Program-made: the position numbers and the translations under genes
The notes under the pieces: model-generated
Told to the model about the DNA's origin: nothing
The model's input: the letters and a program-made list of their open reading frames with translations, nothing else
The model's database searches: none
NCBI GenBank assembly: GCA_040757175.1
Contig: JBFLXM010000049.1
Location: 29,532-93,531 of the forward strand
DNA: 64,000 bases
Reading direction: 5' to 3'
Source of the DNA: Thermodesulfobacteriota bacterium
GTDB lineage: Bacteria; Desulfobacterota; Desulfobaccia; Desulfobaccales; 0-14-0-80-60-11
Shown here: positions 19,241 through 29,022 of the stretch, piece by piece
How the letters are laid out: every line of letters starts with the position of its first letter
Position numbering within the stretch: position 1 is the stretch's first letter

Positions 19241-21217
19241 TTACGGGGTCACAATATTGAACCGCTGATCAAATTTATCCATCAAAGAAAACAATTCTTT
19301 GATTTTCTCTTTATTGCCCTCAACCTTGATATCCCCCGCGGCGGTTTTGGCATCAAGGGAGGCTCCACCAAGGATGACTTCGTTGAGCGCGGCCCGGGTC
19401 AAGGTGACGGTGGCGTCCGCATCCTTGGCCTGCTTCTGGGCAGTATGATTCAGAACGCCGTTTTCCAGGGTGAGAACATATTGCTCTTTGGTGTCTATGC
19501 AGTTCCAGTTCAGGACCATGGTCTTACCCGCGGCCTTGGGGCCGTTGAGCCGGATTCCCAGATAATCGAAGAACAGGTTGAGGGGCATGGCCTTGATGCT
19601 GTCCGGACTGCCGGCAGCGCCCAGAGCTTCCTTGTTTACCCCCTGGCGGAGTTCTTGGGCTCCGGTAAGATAAAAATTACGCCAGGGACCGGATTCGGCT
19701 TGGTAGCCCAACTGTTCCAGCGCCTGGGCCTGGAGAGAGCGGGCTGCGGTATTTTGAGGATCAGCGAAGACCACGTGGTTCATGACCTGGGCCACCCAGC
19801 GGTACTCGCCCTTGTCATAATACTTGCGGGCCTTATCCATTACCGCTTTCGCGCCACCCATGAATTCCACGTACCGCTTGCCGGCCTCCACCGGCGGCAG
19901 GGGGTGCAGATTGGCGGGGTTGCCGTCGAACCAACCCAGGTATTTGACGTAGACCGACTTCACATTGTGGTTCACGCTGCCGTAATAGCCCCGGGCATAC
20001 CACTCCCTGGCCAGGCTTTCCGGCAGTTCCAGCATCTCGCCGATCTCCAGCATGGTGTAGCCCTGGTTGGCCAGACGAAGAGTTTGATCATGAAGATACC
20101 GGTACATGTCCCGTTGCTTGGCGAGCCGGTCGACGATCCTCTTTTGCCCCCAGACCGGCCAGTGGTGGACGCTTAGGAGCACTTCGGAGACGTTCCCCCA
20201 CCGCTCCAGGGCTTCGTTGAGGTATTTGGACCAGGCCAGGGAGTCCCGGATTTTGGCCCCCCGCAGGGTGTACAGGTTATGGAGGGTGTGGGTGCAGTTT
20301 TCGGCAGTACAGAGCACTTTGAGCTGGGGCAGGTAGAAATGCATCTCCGCGGGGGCTTCCGTGTCCGGCACCATTTGGAACACGAATTTCAGGCCGTCGA
20401 TAGTCAATTCCTGGCCCGTCTTGGTGACGCTGTCAGTGGGGGGGATGAGAGTGACGGTGCCCAAAGATGTCGTCACTCCCAGCCCTGCGGTCACCTGCCC
20501 TTTGGGCCCCGGCGCCAGGAGGATGCCGTACATATAAGAAGCCCGGCGGCTCATGGCCGGGCCGGCCATCACGTTCTCAGCCAATGCGGCCTTGAGGAAG
20601 CCCTCGGGCGCGATGATCTTGACTTTGCCCTCCTTCACCTCCTCCTCGGAAACGACTCCTTTCACGCCACCAAAGTGATCCACGTGGCTGTGCGTATAGA
20701 GCACCGCCACCACCGGCTTCTTGGGCCGGTGCTGATAATAGAGATTCAGGGAGGCTCTGGCGGTTTCCGCGGAAATAAGGGGGTCTACCACGATGACGCC
20801 GCTGTCCCCCTCGATAAAGGTGATGTTGGATAAATCAGCGCTCCGGACCTGATAGAGCCGGTCCGTCACCTGGAACAGGCCGGCGTGCAGCAGGATTTGG
20901 GACTGCCGCCAGAGGCTGGGGTTGACGGTGTCCGGCGTGGCCGCGCCCTGCTTGATGAACGCGTACCGGGTTAAATCCCACACGGGTTTACCCTCCTTAC
21001 CCCTAATAACCCCGCCATTCGGCAACGGAGCGATGAAGCCCCGCTGTGCGTCTGTAAAATCCTGCTTATCGGCAAAGGGGAGCTTCTTTAAAACGCTGGC
21101 ATTGGCTCCTTTGGTCTGCTTGGTGGCTTCGCCGTCCGGATGGGGCCCGGCGATTGCTGCCAGACACATTACCAGACCGAGACAGCAGATCATGAGGGCG
21201 AGATTAATCTTTAGCAT
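19241..21217 (-). CDS. Metallo-beta-lactamase-fold alkyl/aryl-sulfatase (SdsA1/YjcS type) with an SCP2-like C-terminus
   Basis: YTHSHVDHFGG (HxHxDH). Alkyl-sulfatase dimerisation-type middle region. Signal peptide. Confidence 0.85.
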   Translation of the reverse strand: MLKINLALMICCLGLVMCLAAIAGPHPDGEATKQTKGANASVLKKLPFADKQDFTDAQRGFIAPLPNGGVIRGKEGKPVWDLTRYAFIKQGAATPDTVNPSLWRQSQILLHAGLFQVTDRLYQVRSADLSNITFIEGDSGVIVVDPLISAETARASLNLYYQHRPKKPVVAVLYTHSHVDHFGGVKGVVSEEEVKEGKVKIIAPEGFLKAALAENVMAGPAMSRRASYMYGILLAPGPKGQVTAGLGVTTSLGTVTLIPPTDSVTKTGQELTIDGLKFVFQMVPDTEAPAEMHFYLPQLKVLCTAENCTHTLHNLYTLRGAKIRDSLAWSKYLNEALERWGNVSEVLLSVHHWPVWGQKRIVDRLAKQRDMYRYLHDQTLRLANQGYTMLEIGEMLELPESLAREWYARGYYGSVNHNVKSVYVKYLGWFDGNPANLHPLPPVEAGKRYVEFMGGAKAVMDKARKYYDKGEYRWVAQVMNHVVFADPQNTAARSLQAQALEQLGYQAESGPWRNFYLTGAQELRQGVNKEALGAAGSPDSIKAMPLNLFFDYLGIRLNGPKAAGKTMVLNWNCIDTKEQYVLTLENGVLNHTAQKQAKDADATVTLTRAALNEVILGGASLDAKTAAGDIKVEGNKEKIKELFSLMDKFDQRFNIVTP

Positions 21218-21238
21218 CCAGGGCTCTCCTCTCCAACC

Positions 21239-23635
21239 TTACTTCAAATCAATAGTCACCCTCTCCAGCTTGCCGGTGAAGCGGAAAGGCACCCGGTAGT
21301 CCCCCGCAGGGGTGCCAGAGTCCTCACCCACGTCGAAGGTCTCGTCAAAAGAGAAACCGGTCATCATGGTGTGCTCCAGCCGGCCCTCGCCTGCTTTTTT
21401 GTCGTTGACAAAGATGGTGCCGGTGCCCCCCGCGCCCGGCTTGCCGCCGTCCCAGGCGAAATCGAAGCGGATGGTGGCTTTGCCGGCGGGGAGGGGCTCC
21501 GCGCTGGTAATGGTATAGCGGGCGCTGTCGCCCCAGTTGTAGACGAAGGAGGGTTTGCCGTTCTGGACAAACAGGCCGTAGCCGCCGAACTTGCCGCCCT
21601 GGGTCACCAGGACCCCTTCGCCCTTGCCGTCGGGGTTATCCACCTGCGCGGAGATGCTGTAAGACTTATTGAAGATATCCGGGGCCAACTCCGCGTTCAC
21701 CCGGGTCGTGCCGGGGTAGTAGGTGAAGGATTTCCGCATCTGGGCCATCATCTTCCTGGCCTCGAAGACCCGATCTGCGAAGCGGTCGTCCAGGGGCAGG
21801 ACGTTATACTTTTTGGCCTCTTTCAAGAAAAGTGACTGCAACTCTTTGACCTTCTGGGGATATTTCGCCGCCAGGTCATCGGCCTGGCTGAAATCCTCGG
21901 AGACGTGATAAAGCTCCCATTGGTCGTGATCGAAATCGCCGGAGGCATAGCCCAGGGTCTGCCAGGGCAGGCGGCCGTGGCGGGTGGAGGCCATCCAGCC
22001 GTCGTGGTAAATCCCCCGGTTGCCGAACATCTCGAAGTACTGGGTGAGATGGCGGCTCTTGGCCTGGGCCCCGGCCTTATCAAAGGTATAGGCCAGGCTC
22101 ACCCCTTCCAGGGGTTTTTGTTTGACTCCGTTGACCATGGTGGGGGCCTGGATGCCGGTCACCTCCAGGATGGTGGGGGCCAGGTCGATGACGTGGTGGA
22201 ATTGGGGCCTTATCCCCCCCTGGTCCGTGATCCGCTTGGGCCAGGAGATGACCATGGGGTTGCGGGTGCCCCCGAAGTGGGAGGCCACCTGCTTCACCCA
22301 TTTGAGAGGCGAGGACCCGGCCCACGCCCAGCCCACGGGGTAGTGGCTCACGGTGTTGGGACCGCCGATCTCGTCATAACGCTTGAGCATCACGTCCAGG
22401 GGTTCAATAATGGCATTGCCTGCGGCGGCCACTTCATTCAAAGTGCCCTGCAGGGTGCCCTCGGCGCTGGGGCCGTTGTCGCCGACGATATAGATGGCCA
22501 TGGTGTTGTCCAGCCGGCCCTGTTGCCGCAGGGACTCCACCACCCGGCCGATTTCATGGTCGGTGTGGGCCAGGTAAGCGGCATAGACTTCCATCATATG
22601 GGCAAACAGGCGTTTCTGGTCAGGGCTCAGGGTGTCCCAGGCCGGGATTTCCGGGGGCCGGGAGGTCAGCTTGGTGTTTGGGGGGATGACCCCCGCCTGC
22701 TTCTGCCGGGCAAAGGTCTCCTCCCGCACCTTGTCCCAGCCCTGGTCAAACTTGCCCTTAAACTTCTCGATCCATTCCTTGGGCGCATGATGAGGAGCGT
22801 GGCAGGCGCCGGGCGCGTAGTAAATAAAGAAGGGTTTGTGCGGGGCCACCGAGTGCTGGTAGTGCAGCCATTTGATGGCGTGGTCCGCCAGGTCTTTATT
22901 CAGGATATAGCCCTCTTCCGGGGTAGCTGGAGGCGAGATGGGATTTTTATTCTCAAAGAGGGCCGGGTAGTACTGGTTGGTCTCCGCGGCCAGGAACCCA
23001 TAATAGTATTCAAATCCCTGGCCCGTGGGCCAGCGGTTGAAGGGTCCCAGGGCGCTGGTCTCCCGGCCCGGGGCCAGGTGCCACTTGCCGAAGGCCGCGG
23101 TGTTGAAGCCGTGCTGCCGGAGGACCTCGGCGATGGTGGCCGCGCTCTTGGGCATCATGGCGTCATAGCCGGGATAGCCGGTGGCGAACTCCATGATGTT
23201 CCCCACTCCCACCGAGTGGTGGTTGCGGCCGGTGAGGAGCGCCGCCCGGGTGGGGGAACACAGGGCCGTGGTGTGCAACTGGTTGTAACGCAGGCCGTTC
23301 GTGGCCAGGCGGTCCAGGGTGGGGGTGCCCACGGGTCCGCCGAAAGTCCCGGCGTGGCCGAAACCTACGTCATCCAGGATGATGAGCAAGACGTTGGGTG
23401 CGTCTTTAGGAGCTTGCACCGGTTTGGGGAAATCCGGCACCGAGTCTTTATAGGTCTGGCCGATTTTGCCCTGAAAAGGAGATTGGGGCAGGGGCAATGT
23501 CTCCGCCGGGGCCGCCTGGGCCCCCAGGAAGATGAAGAGGGTGAGGAGGGTCAGGGCGGCGGCCAGGGCCGCCCAGAGCACCGGCCGCTTTCCCCTATTC
23601 CGGATGGGCATCCTAAGCATTTCCACCTCCTGCAT
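21239..23635 (-). CDS. Type I (formylglycine-dependent, Cys-type) arylsulfatase
   Basis: CSPTRAALLTGRNHH signature, DDVGFG metal-binding motif, signal peptide, 798 aa. Confidence 0.9.
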   Translation of the reverse strand: MQEVEMLRMPIRNRGKRPVLWAALAAALTLLTLFIFLGAQAAPAETLPLPQSPFQGKIGQTYKDSVPDFPKPVQAPKDAPNVLLIILDDVGFGHAGTFGGPVGTPTLDRLATNGLRYNQLHTTALCSPTRAALLTGRNHHSVGVGNIMEFATGYPGYDAMMPKSAATIAEVLRQHGFNTAAFGKWHLAPGRETSALGPFNRWPTGQGFEYYYGFLAAETNQYYPALFENKNPISPPATPEEGYILNKDLADHAIKWLHYQHSVAPHKPFFIYYAPGACHAPHHAPKEWIEKFKGKFDQGWDKVREETFARQKQAGVIPPNTKLTSRPPEIPAWDTLSPDQKRLFAHMMEVYAAYLAHTDHEIGRVVESLRQQGRLDNTMAIYIVGDNGPSAEGTLQGTLNEVAAAGNAIIEPLDVMLKRYDEIGGPNTVSHYPVGWAWAGSSPLKWVKQVASHFGGTRNPMVISWPKRITDQGGIRPQFHHVIDLAPTILEVTGIQAPTMVNGVKQKPLEGVSLAYTFDKAGAQAKSRHLTQYFEMFGNRGIYHDGWMASTRHGRLPWQTLGYASGDFDHDQWELYHVSEDFSQADDLAAKYPQKVKELQSLFLKEAKKYNVLPLDDRFADRVFEARKMMAQMRKSFTYYPGTTRVNAELAPDIFNKSYSISAQVDNPDGKGEGVLVTQGGKFGGYGLFVQNGKPSFVYNWGDSARYTITSAEPLPAGKATIRFDFAWDGGKPGAGGTGTIFVNDKKAGEGRLEHTMMTGFSFDETFDVGEDSGTPAGDYRVPFRFTGKLERVTIDLK

Positions 23636-23916
23636 ATTAAAACCTGGGAGACCAATGGATCATCAACAGGTGCAGTCAAGCTAACGGCAAAATTGTCTCA
23701 TCCCGTTAAAACCCCGGGGTATTGACAATGGCAGGCCCTGTTCTTTTCCCAGAGAGCCACTATAGCATAAGAGGTCTGGCCAAAAAAAGGAAATTGACGG
23801 CTGCCGGGGAACCGCGGCTACGGCTCTTATATTTGTCAGCTTGGCAATTATTCCCTCGACAGCACGATGTCCGGTTCTTATTTATTAATGAAAGCTCATA
23901 GGCGATAATCCTAATA

Positions 23917-26664
23917 ATGCCCGAAGAGACCATTTCTTATTACAGCCTGAGTTCCTTGCAGGTAATGGAGCTGCTGGACACCGGCCCCTCCGGGCTCAGC
24001 ACCTCCCGGGCTCAAGAAGGCCTGGAACAACACGGCCCCAACGAACTGGCCCCACCCCCCAAAATTTCCCCCTTATCCATCTTTTTCCGGCAATTTCAAA
24101 ACCTCCTGATCCTCATCCTCATCGCCGCCACCGGGATTTCCTTTTTCCTGGGGGAACATCTGGACGCCTATGTCATCCTGGCCATCGTCCTGGCCTGCGC
24201 GGTCCTGGGTTTCGTCCAGGAGTACCGGGCGGAAAGGGCGGCCGCGGCCTTAGAAAAAATGGCCGCGCCGGAGGCCACCGTCATCCGGGAGGGGCGGGAG
24301 CAGGTGGTTCCGGCTCGGGAGGTAGTCCCCGGAGACCTGCTGGTCTTGCACACCGGGGACCGGGTGGCCGCGGACGGCCGCTTGCTGGAGGAAGTCAACC
24401 TCAAAGCGGATGAAGCGCTGCTTACCGGAGAGTCAACCGCAGTCGCCAAAAACCTGGCTCCCTGTGAAAGGCCGGACACCCCGGTGGGCGACCAACGATG
24501 CATGGTCTTTGGGGGCACGGTGATCACCTATGGCCGGGGCCGGGCGGTGATCACCGCCACCGGCATGCACACCCAATTCGGTAAGATTGCCGGCCTGTTG
24601 GGCGAGGTGGCCGGGGAGCAGACACCCCTGGAGAAGCGCATGCGCACCATCGGCCGGGTTCTGAGTGCCGTCTGCCTGGCCGTGGCTGTCGGCGCCTCCC
24701 TGTTGGGGGTCCTGCGAGGACATGGCTGGATGGAGATGCTCATCTGGGGAATCAGCCTGGCGGTGGCCGCGGTCCCGGAGTCGCTCCCCGCGGTGGTCAC
24801 CGGCGCCCTGGCCATCGGCACCACCCGCATGGCCCGCCGCCACGCCATTGTCAAGCGCCTGCCCGCGGTGGAGACCATGGGCTGCACCACGGTGATCTGC
24901 ACCGACAAAACCGGCACCCTCACCAAAAATGAAATGACCGTGCGCCGCCTTTTTCTGGAAGGGCGGCGGGTGGAGGTCGGCGGTTTGGGTTATCAGCCTG
25001 CCGGGACCTTTTCCCAGGGTGAAAAAGACCTCGCCCCGGGTGCGGACCCGGTCCTGCAGATGGCGGCCCGCATCGGCCTGTTGTGCAACGATGCCCTCTT
25101 GCAGGAAGAGAAAGGCGTCTGGACTATTCAGGGCGACCCCACGGAAGGGGCCCTGGTGGTCCTGAGCCGCAAGGCCGGGTTGGACCCCCTGGCCCTAAGC
25201 CGCGAACTCCCCCGGGTGGCGGAGGTGCCTTTCTCATCGGAACGCAAACTCATGACCACCATCCATCAAGGCCCGGCGGCAATCCTGGCCTGTATCAAGG
25301 GCGCGCCGGAAAACCTGCTCCCCCGCTGTCCCCGGGTTTTGACCAGATCCGGAGAGCGGCCTTTGACCGCGGCCGATCAACAGGAAATCATGCAGGCAGC
25401 CGGGGAGATGGCCGCGGGGGCCTTGCGGCTTCTGGGGCTGGCTTACCGGGAGATGGAAGCCGTACCGGAATTTCCTTCTGAAGAATTGGAGTCGGACCTG
25501 GTGTGGGTGGGGCTGGTGGGCATGATGGACCCGCCCCGGCCGGAGGCCAGGGACGCGGTGAGCCAATGCCAGCGCGCGGGTATCCGGGTGATCATGGTCA
25601 CCGGCGACCACCCGGACACCGCCGCGGCCGTGGCCCGGGAGTTGGGCCTAGTGGCCGGGGACCGGCAAAAGCAGACGGTGCTCACGGGGGGAGAAGTAAA
25701 CCAACTCAGCGACTTCGAGATTACCAAAGCCCTAAAAAAGGTCCGGGTCTTTGCCCGGGTGGCCCCGGAGCACAAGCTGCGGCTGGTGGATTTGCTCAAG
25801 GCCCAGGGGGAAGTGGTGGCCATGACCGGAGATGGGGTGAATGACGCGCCGGCCCTGAAACGGGCGGACATCGGGGTGGCCATGGGCATTACCGGCACCG
25901 AGGTCACCAAGGAGACCGCGGCCATGATCCTGGCGGACGACAATTTCGCCACCCTGGTGGCCGCGGTGGACGAAGGCCGGGCCATCTTCGACAATATTAA
26001 AAAGTACCTGATATTTCTGCTGAGCTGCAATTTGGCCGAGATCTTCGTGCTCACCGGCGCCATCTTTTTGGGTCTGCCGCTGCCCCTTTTGGCCCTGCAT
26101 ATCCTCTGGGTAAATCTCGATTCCGACGGCCTGCCGGCCTTTGCCTTGGGGGTGGACCCCAAGGCCCCGGACATTATGAGCCGCCCACCCCGGCCCCTCC
26201 AGGAAGGGGTCTTTACCTCCACGGTCAACGGTTTGCTGGCCGTCATCTCCGTTTATCTGACTTTGGTTCTCATACCTCTATTTGTGTACTATTATTATGG
26301 AAAACCCGGGGGGCACAGCAATCCGGAACAAGTTTTGGCCAAGGCCCAAACCATGGTTTTCGTCACCCTGATCCTGGCGGAACAGGTGAATGCCTTCAAT
26401 TGCCGTTCGGACTTCCATTCCCTTTTCACCGTGGGGGTCTTTGCCAACCGCTTGTTGATCATCAGCGTCGTTCTTTCCACCAGCATGCTGGCGGCCGTCA
26501 TCTATTGGCCCCCCCTGGCCGCGCTTTTTCACACCGCGCCCCTGGGCTGGCGGGACTGGCTGCTGGCAGCCGGGTTGGGGCTGACCATCCTGCCGGTGGT
26601 GGAGGCAGCCAAGTGGTTCATCCGCCGGAGCCGGCGCCATCGTCCCGGGATGGCCCGGAGCTAA
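23917..26664 (+). CDS. P2-type cation-transporting ATPase (SERCA/Ca2+-Mg2+-like)
   Basis: ICTDKTGTLT, VPESLPAVVT (PEGLP-type TM4), MTGDGVNDAPALK, WVNLDSDGLPAFALG. Confidence 0.9.
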   Translation: MPEETISYYSLSSLQVMELLDTGPSGLSTSRAQEGLEQHGPNELAPPPKISPLSIFFRQFQNLLILILIAATGISFFLGEHLDAYVILAIVLACAVLGFVQEYRAERAAAALEKMAAPEATVIREGREQVVPAREVVPGDLLVLHTGDRVAADGRLLEEVNLKADEALLTGESTAVAKNLAPCERPDTPVGDQRCMVFGGTVITYGRGRAVITATGMHTQFGKIAGLLGEVAGEQTPLEKRMRTIGRVLSAVCLAVAVGASLLGVLRGHGWMEMLIWGISLAVAAVPESLPAVVTGALAIGTTRMARRHAIVKRLPAVETMGCTTVICTDKTGTLTKNEMTVRRLFLEGRRVEVGGLGYQPAGTFSQGEKDLAPGADPVLQMAARIGLLCNDALLQEEKGVWTIQGDPTEGALVVLSRKAGLDPLALSRELPRVAEVPFSSERKLMTTIHQGPAAILACIKGAPENLLPRCPRVLTRSGERPLTAADQQEIMQAAGEMAAGALRLLGLAYREMEAVPEFPSEELESDLVWVGLVGMMDPPRPEARDAVSQCQRAGIRVIMVTGDHPDTAAAVARELGLVAGDRQKQTVLTGGEVNQLSDFEITKALKKVRVFARVAPEHKLRLVDLLKAQGEVVAMTGDGVNDAPALKRADIGVAMGITGTEVTKETAAMILADDNFATLVAAVDEGRAIFDNIKKYLIFLLSCNLAEIFVLTGAIFLGLPLPLLALHILWVNLDSDGLPAFALGVDPKAPDIMSRPPRPLQEGVFTSTVNGLLAVISVYLTLVLIPLFVYYYYGKPGGHSNPEQVLAKAQTMVFVTLILAEQVNAFNCRSDFHSLFTVGVFANRLLIISVVLSTSMLAAVIYWPPLAALFHTAPLGWRDWLLAAGLGLTILPVVEAAKWFIRRSRRHRPGMARS

Positions 26665-26675
26665 AGGGAGGCCCC

Positions 26676-27743
26676 ATGCCCATCGACCCGGTCTGCAAAA
26701 TGACAGTGGCGGCAGAAGGGGCGGTTACCGCGGAGTGTGACGGGGTGGTTTACTATTTCTGCTCCACGGGTTGCCAGGATAAATTCCTGGAAGGAAAAGT
26801 CTGCGAGCCCCGGGCCGCCTACGAACTCATCATTATCGGCGGCGGGCCCGCGGGCCTCACGGCCGCGGTCTATTCCACCATCCTGAAGACGGATGCCTTG
26901 CTCCTCACCAAGGATTTAGGGGGCCAGGCCATCGACAGCGCCAAGATCGAGAATTACATGGGCTTCGATTTTATCACCGGGCCCGAACTCATTGAGAAAT
27001 TCAAGCATCAGCTCTTCCGCTCCCACTACATCGACCACCTGGTGAGCGAGGTGGAGAAGATCGAGGCAATAAAAGACGGCTTTAACGTCGTCACTTCGGA
27101 ACTCCGGACCTTTTTCGCCCCTGCCCTGCTGGTGGCCACCGGCATGACCCGGAAGAAGCTGCAAGTGCCGGGGGAGGAGAAGTTCCTGCGCCGGGGCATT
27201 TTTTACGCCAACATTCAGGATATTTCCTTTGTTCAAGGCAAAGACGTGGCGGTCATCGGCGGCGGCAATACCGCGCTGCAACTGATGGAAAACCTCCATA
27301 CCGTGGCCAGGAATATCTACCTGATTTCTCATTCGCAATTATCCGGGGATCCCGCCATCATTGGGCGGGTCGTTCCCTGCCGCAATGTGCATCGCTATGA
27401 AAATTATACGGTCGCGGAATTTACCGGGGAAAACCTGCTGTCGGGCCTCACCATCAGAAGAATGGCGGGCAGGGAAACCGTGGAACTGGCGGTTCAAGGC
27501 GCGTTTATCGCCATCGGCCTGCGCCCCAATTCCGCGCTGGCGGCTTCCCTGGTCCAACTCAATGCCCGGGGGGAAATCATAATTCAGCCCGATTGCTCCA
27601 CCTCCCGCCCGGGAATCTTTGCGGCCGGGGATGTCACCAACGCCTTTGGCAAGCGCATCATCATCGCCTCCGGGGAAGGGGCCAAGGCGGCTATGGCCGC
27701 GCGCCAGTATCTGCTGGATTTGCGGAAAAAACCCTGCGTTTAA
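26676..27743 (+). CDS. YHS/TRASH-domain fused to a thioredoxin-reductase-like FAD/NAD(P) oxidoreductase that lacks the redox CxxC
   Basis: DPVCKMTV...YYFCSTGCQDKF (YHS). IIIGGGPAGLTAAVY and VIGGGNTALQ dinucleotide folds. GIFYANIQD occupies the CATC position. ATG lies 12 nt after the ATPase stop, inside track ORF 26400..27743. Confidence 0.8.
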   Translation: MPIDPVCKMTVAAEGAVTAECDGVVYYFCSTGCQDKFLEGKVCEPRAAYELIIIGGGPAGLTAAVYSTILKTDALLLTKDLGGQAIDSAKIENYMGFDFITGPELIEKFKHQLFRSHYIDHLVSEVEKIEAIKDGFNVVTSELRTFFAPALLVATGMTRKKLQVPGEEKFLRRGIFYANIQDISFVQGKDVAVIGGGNTALQLMENLHTVARNIYLISHSQLSGDPAIIGRVVPCRNVHRYENYTVAEFTGENLLSGLTIRRMAGRETVELAVQGAFIAIGLRPNSALAASLVQLNARGEIIIQPDCSTSRPGIFAAGDVTNAFGKRIIIASGEGAKAAMAARQYLLDLRKKPCV

Positions 27744-27899
27744 TTATCGCCAGGGCCAAAAGTTTCTTCCTTTTATCTCCTTCCCCCCGGCGGAGGTAGA
27801 GACCTAGGGTGAGGGGGGATAAGAAAAAACCTTTGGCAACGCGTATAGGACCTGCCAGGGCTGAGAATAATAGAACCTCTGCCAAGAAAAGGATTAACC

Positions 27900-28295
27900 A
27901 TGAAAAGGATTGCCCTTGACCTCTTTCCCGGCCTGGACTGGACCTTGAAGTGGATTTCTTTGGGCATAGAGGTGGTGGGGGTGGCCATCATCGTCTGCGG
28001 GGCCCTGGTCTCCAGCGGCATCTTTCTCTACCGGCTGGCACAGAAGGAATCCCCGGCTGCTTGTTACCAGCGATATCGAGGCACGTTCGGGAAGGCCATT
28101 CTTTTGGGCCTGGAGTTTCTCGTGGCTTCCGACATCGTCGGCACGGTGGCCGTGGGCCTGACCTTCCAGGACCTGGGCCTCCTGGGGATCCTGGTCCTGA
28201 TCCGCACCTTCCTCAGCTTCGCCCTGGAGGTGGAGATCAACGGCCATTGGCCCTGGAAGAGCAGTGAATTGGCCCTGAAATTGACCAATAAATAA
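27900..28295 (+). CDS. DUF1622-family membrane protein
   Basis: LGLEFLVASDIVGTVA and LIRTFLSFALEVEI motifs, 131 aa. Confidence 0.65.
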   Translation: MKRIALDLFPGLDWTLKWISLGIEVVGVAIIVCGALVSSGIFLYRLAQKESPAACYQRYRGTFGKAILLGLEFLVASDIVGTVAVGLTFQDLGLLGILVLIRTFLSFALEVEINGHWPWKSSELALKLTNK

Positions 28296-28384
28296 GCGGG
28301 GAGGCCAGGGGTAGGAAGCCGCCCCGTCCTGAACCAACCGGGCCGTGGACCGCAAATAGTCCTGACCTCTGCCCAAACAAAAAG

Positions 28385-28416
28385 GCTAGCAGTCTGAAGA
28401 CTGCCAGCCTTTTGTA
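28385..28416. terminator. Bidirectional rho-independent terminator
   Basis: GGCTAGCAGTC-TGAA-GACTGCCAGCC stem-loop flanked by an A-run and a T-run. Serves the plus gene and minus-strand tRNA-Pro. Confidence 0.7.
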
Positions 28417-28432
28417 ATTCCCGGGTAATAAC

Positions 28433-28509
28433 TGGTCGGGACGAGAGGATTTGAACCTCCGACCCCCTGAACCCCATTCAGGTGCGCTACCAGTCTGCGC
28501 CACGTCCCG
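28433..28509 (-). tRNA. tRNA-Pro (anticodon GGG)
   Basis: Minus strand reads CGGGACG-TG-GCGCAGACTGGTAGCGC-A-CCTGA-ATGGGGT-TCAGG-GGGTC-GGAGG-TTCAAAT-CCTCT-CGTCCCG-A-CCA. Confidence 0.9.
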
Positions 28510-28769
28510 ACAACTTTTTATCTTACCAAGGGACCTCCGGGGTGTCAATGGCTTTGCCCCTCCTGGCCCCGGCCCCGGCCGGGAAGATGGGGAAAATTTC
28601 TTTTTACCCGGGGGGCTGGCTTAGGGATTCCAGTTCCAATAAGTTTTCAGGGTGGGCACTGCCCACCATAACTTCACTTTTCATGATTTACGGGTGGGCC
28701 TCAGGCCCATGAGGAACTGTTTCCGAATAGTCATTCATCGTAGAGCCGGCGTCTCACCTGCGCTAAACC

Positions 28770-28796
28770 CGGGCGGGCGAGGACGCCCGCCCCTAC
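28770..28796. repeat. REP-like hairpin GGGCGGGCG-AGGA-CGCCCGCCC-CTAC
   Basis: 9-bp stem and the CGCCCCTAC-type end. Embedded in a run of other hairpins (28650-28800). Confidence 0.65.
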
Positions 28797-28920
28797 GAGA
28801 TTTCTTAGCTCTATATTGCCATGGTTATACAGGTTGAAGAGAAGAGGGATTTCAGGTCCTTATCCCTCTCCCTGCCGATATCCAGCAACCATCCGGGTTT
28901 GGCGGCCTTGATTGCAAATT

Positions 28921-28949
28921 AAGGTAAAATTGTTTATGCTCCGATAACA
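28921..28949 (+). promoter_or_regulatory. Candidate sigma70-type promoter TTGCAA-17-TATGCT
   Basis: Hexamer and spacing match only. Upstream of the SH3b/M48 pair. Confidence 0.3.
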
Positions 28950-29022
28950 CGATAATATGTTTAGGGTTCTTTCTCCAGTATCTTGCGCCCTGCCTTGGCA
29001 AGTCAGGGAAAAAGGAGGAAAA

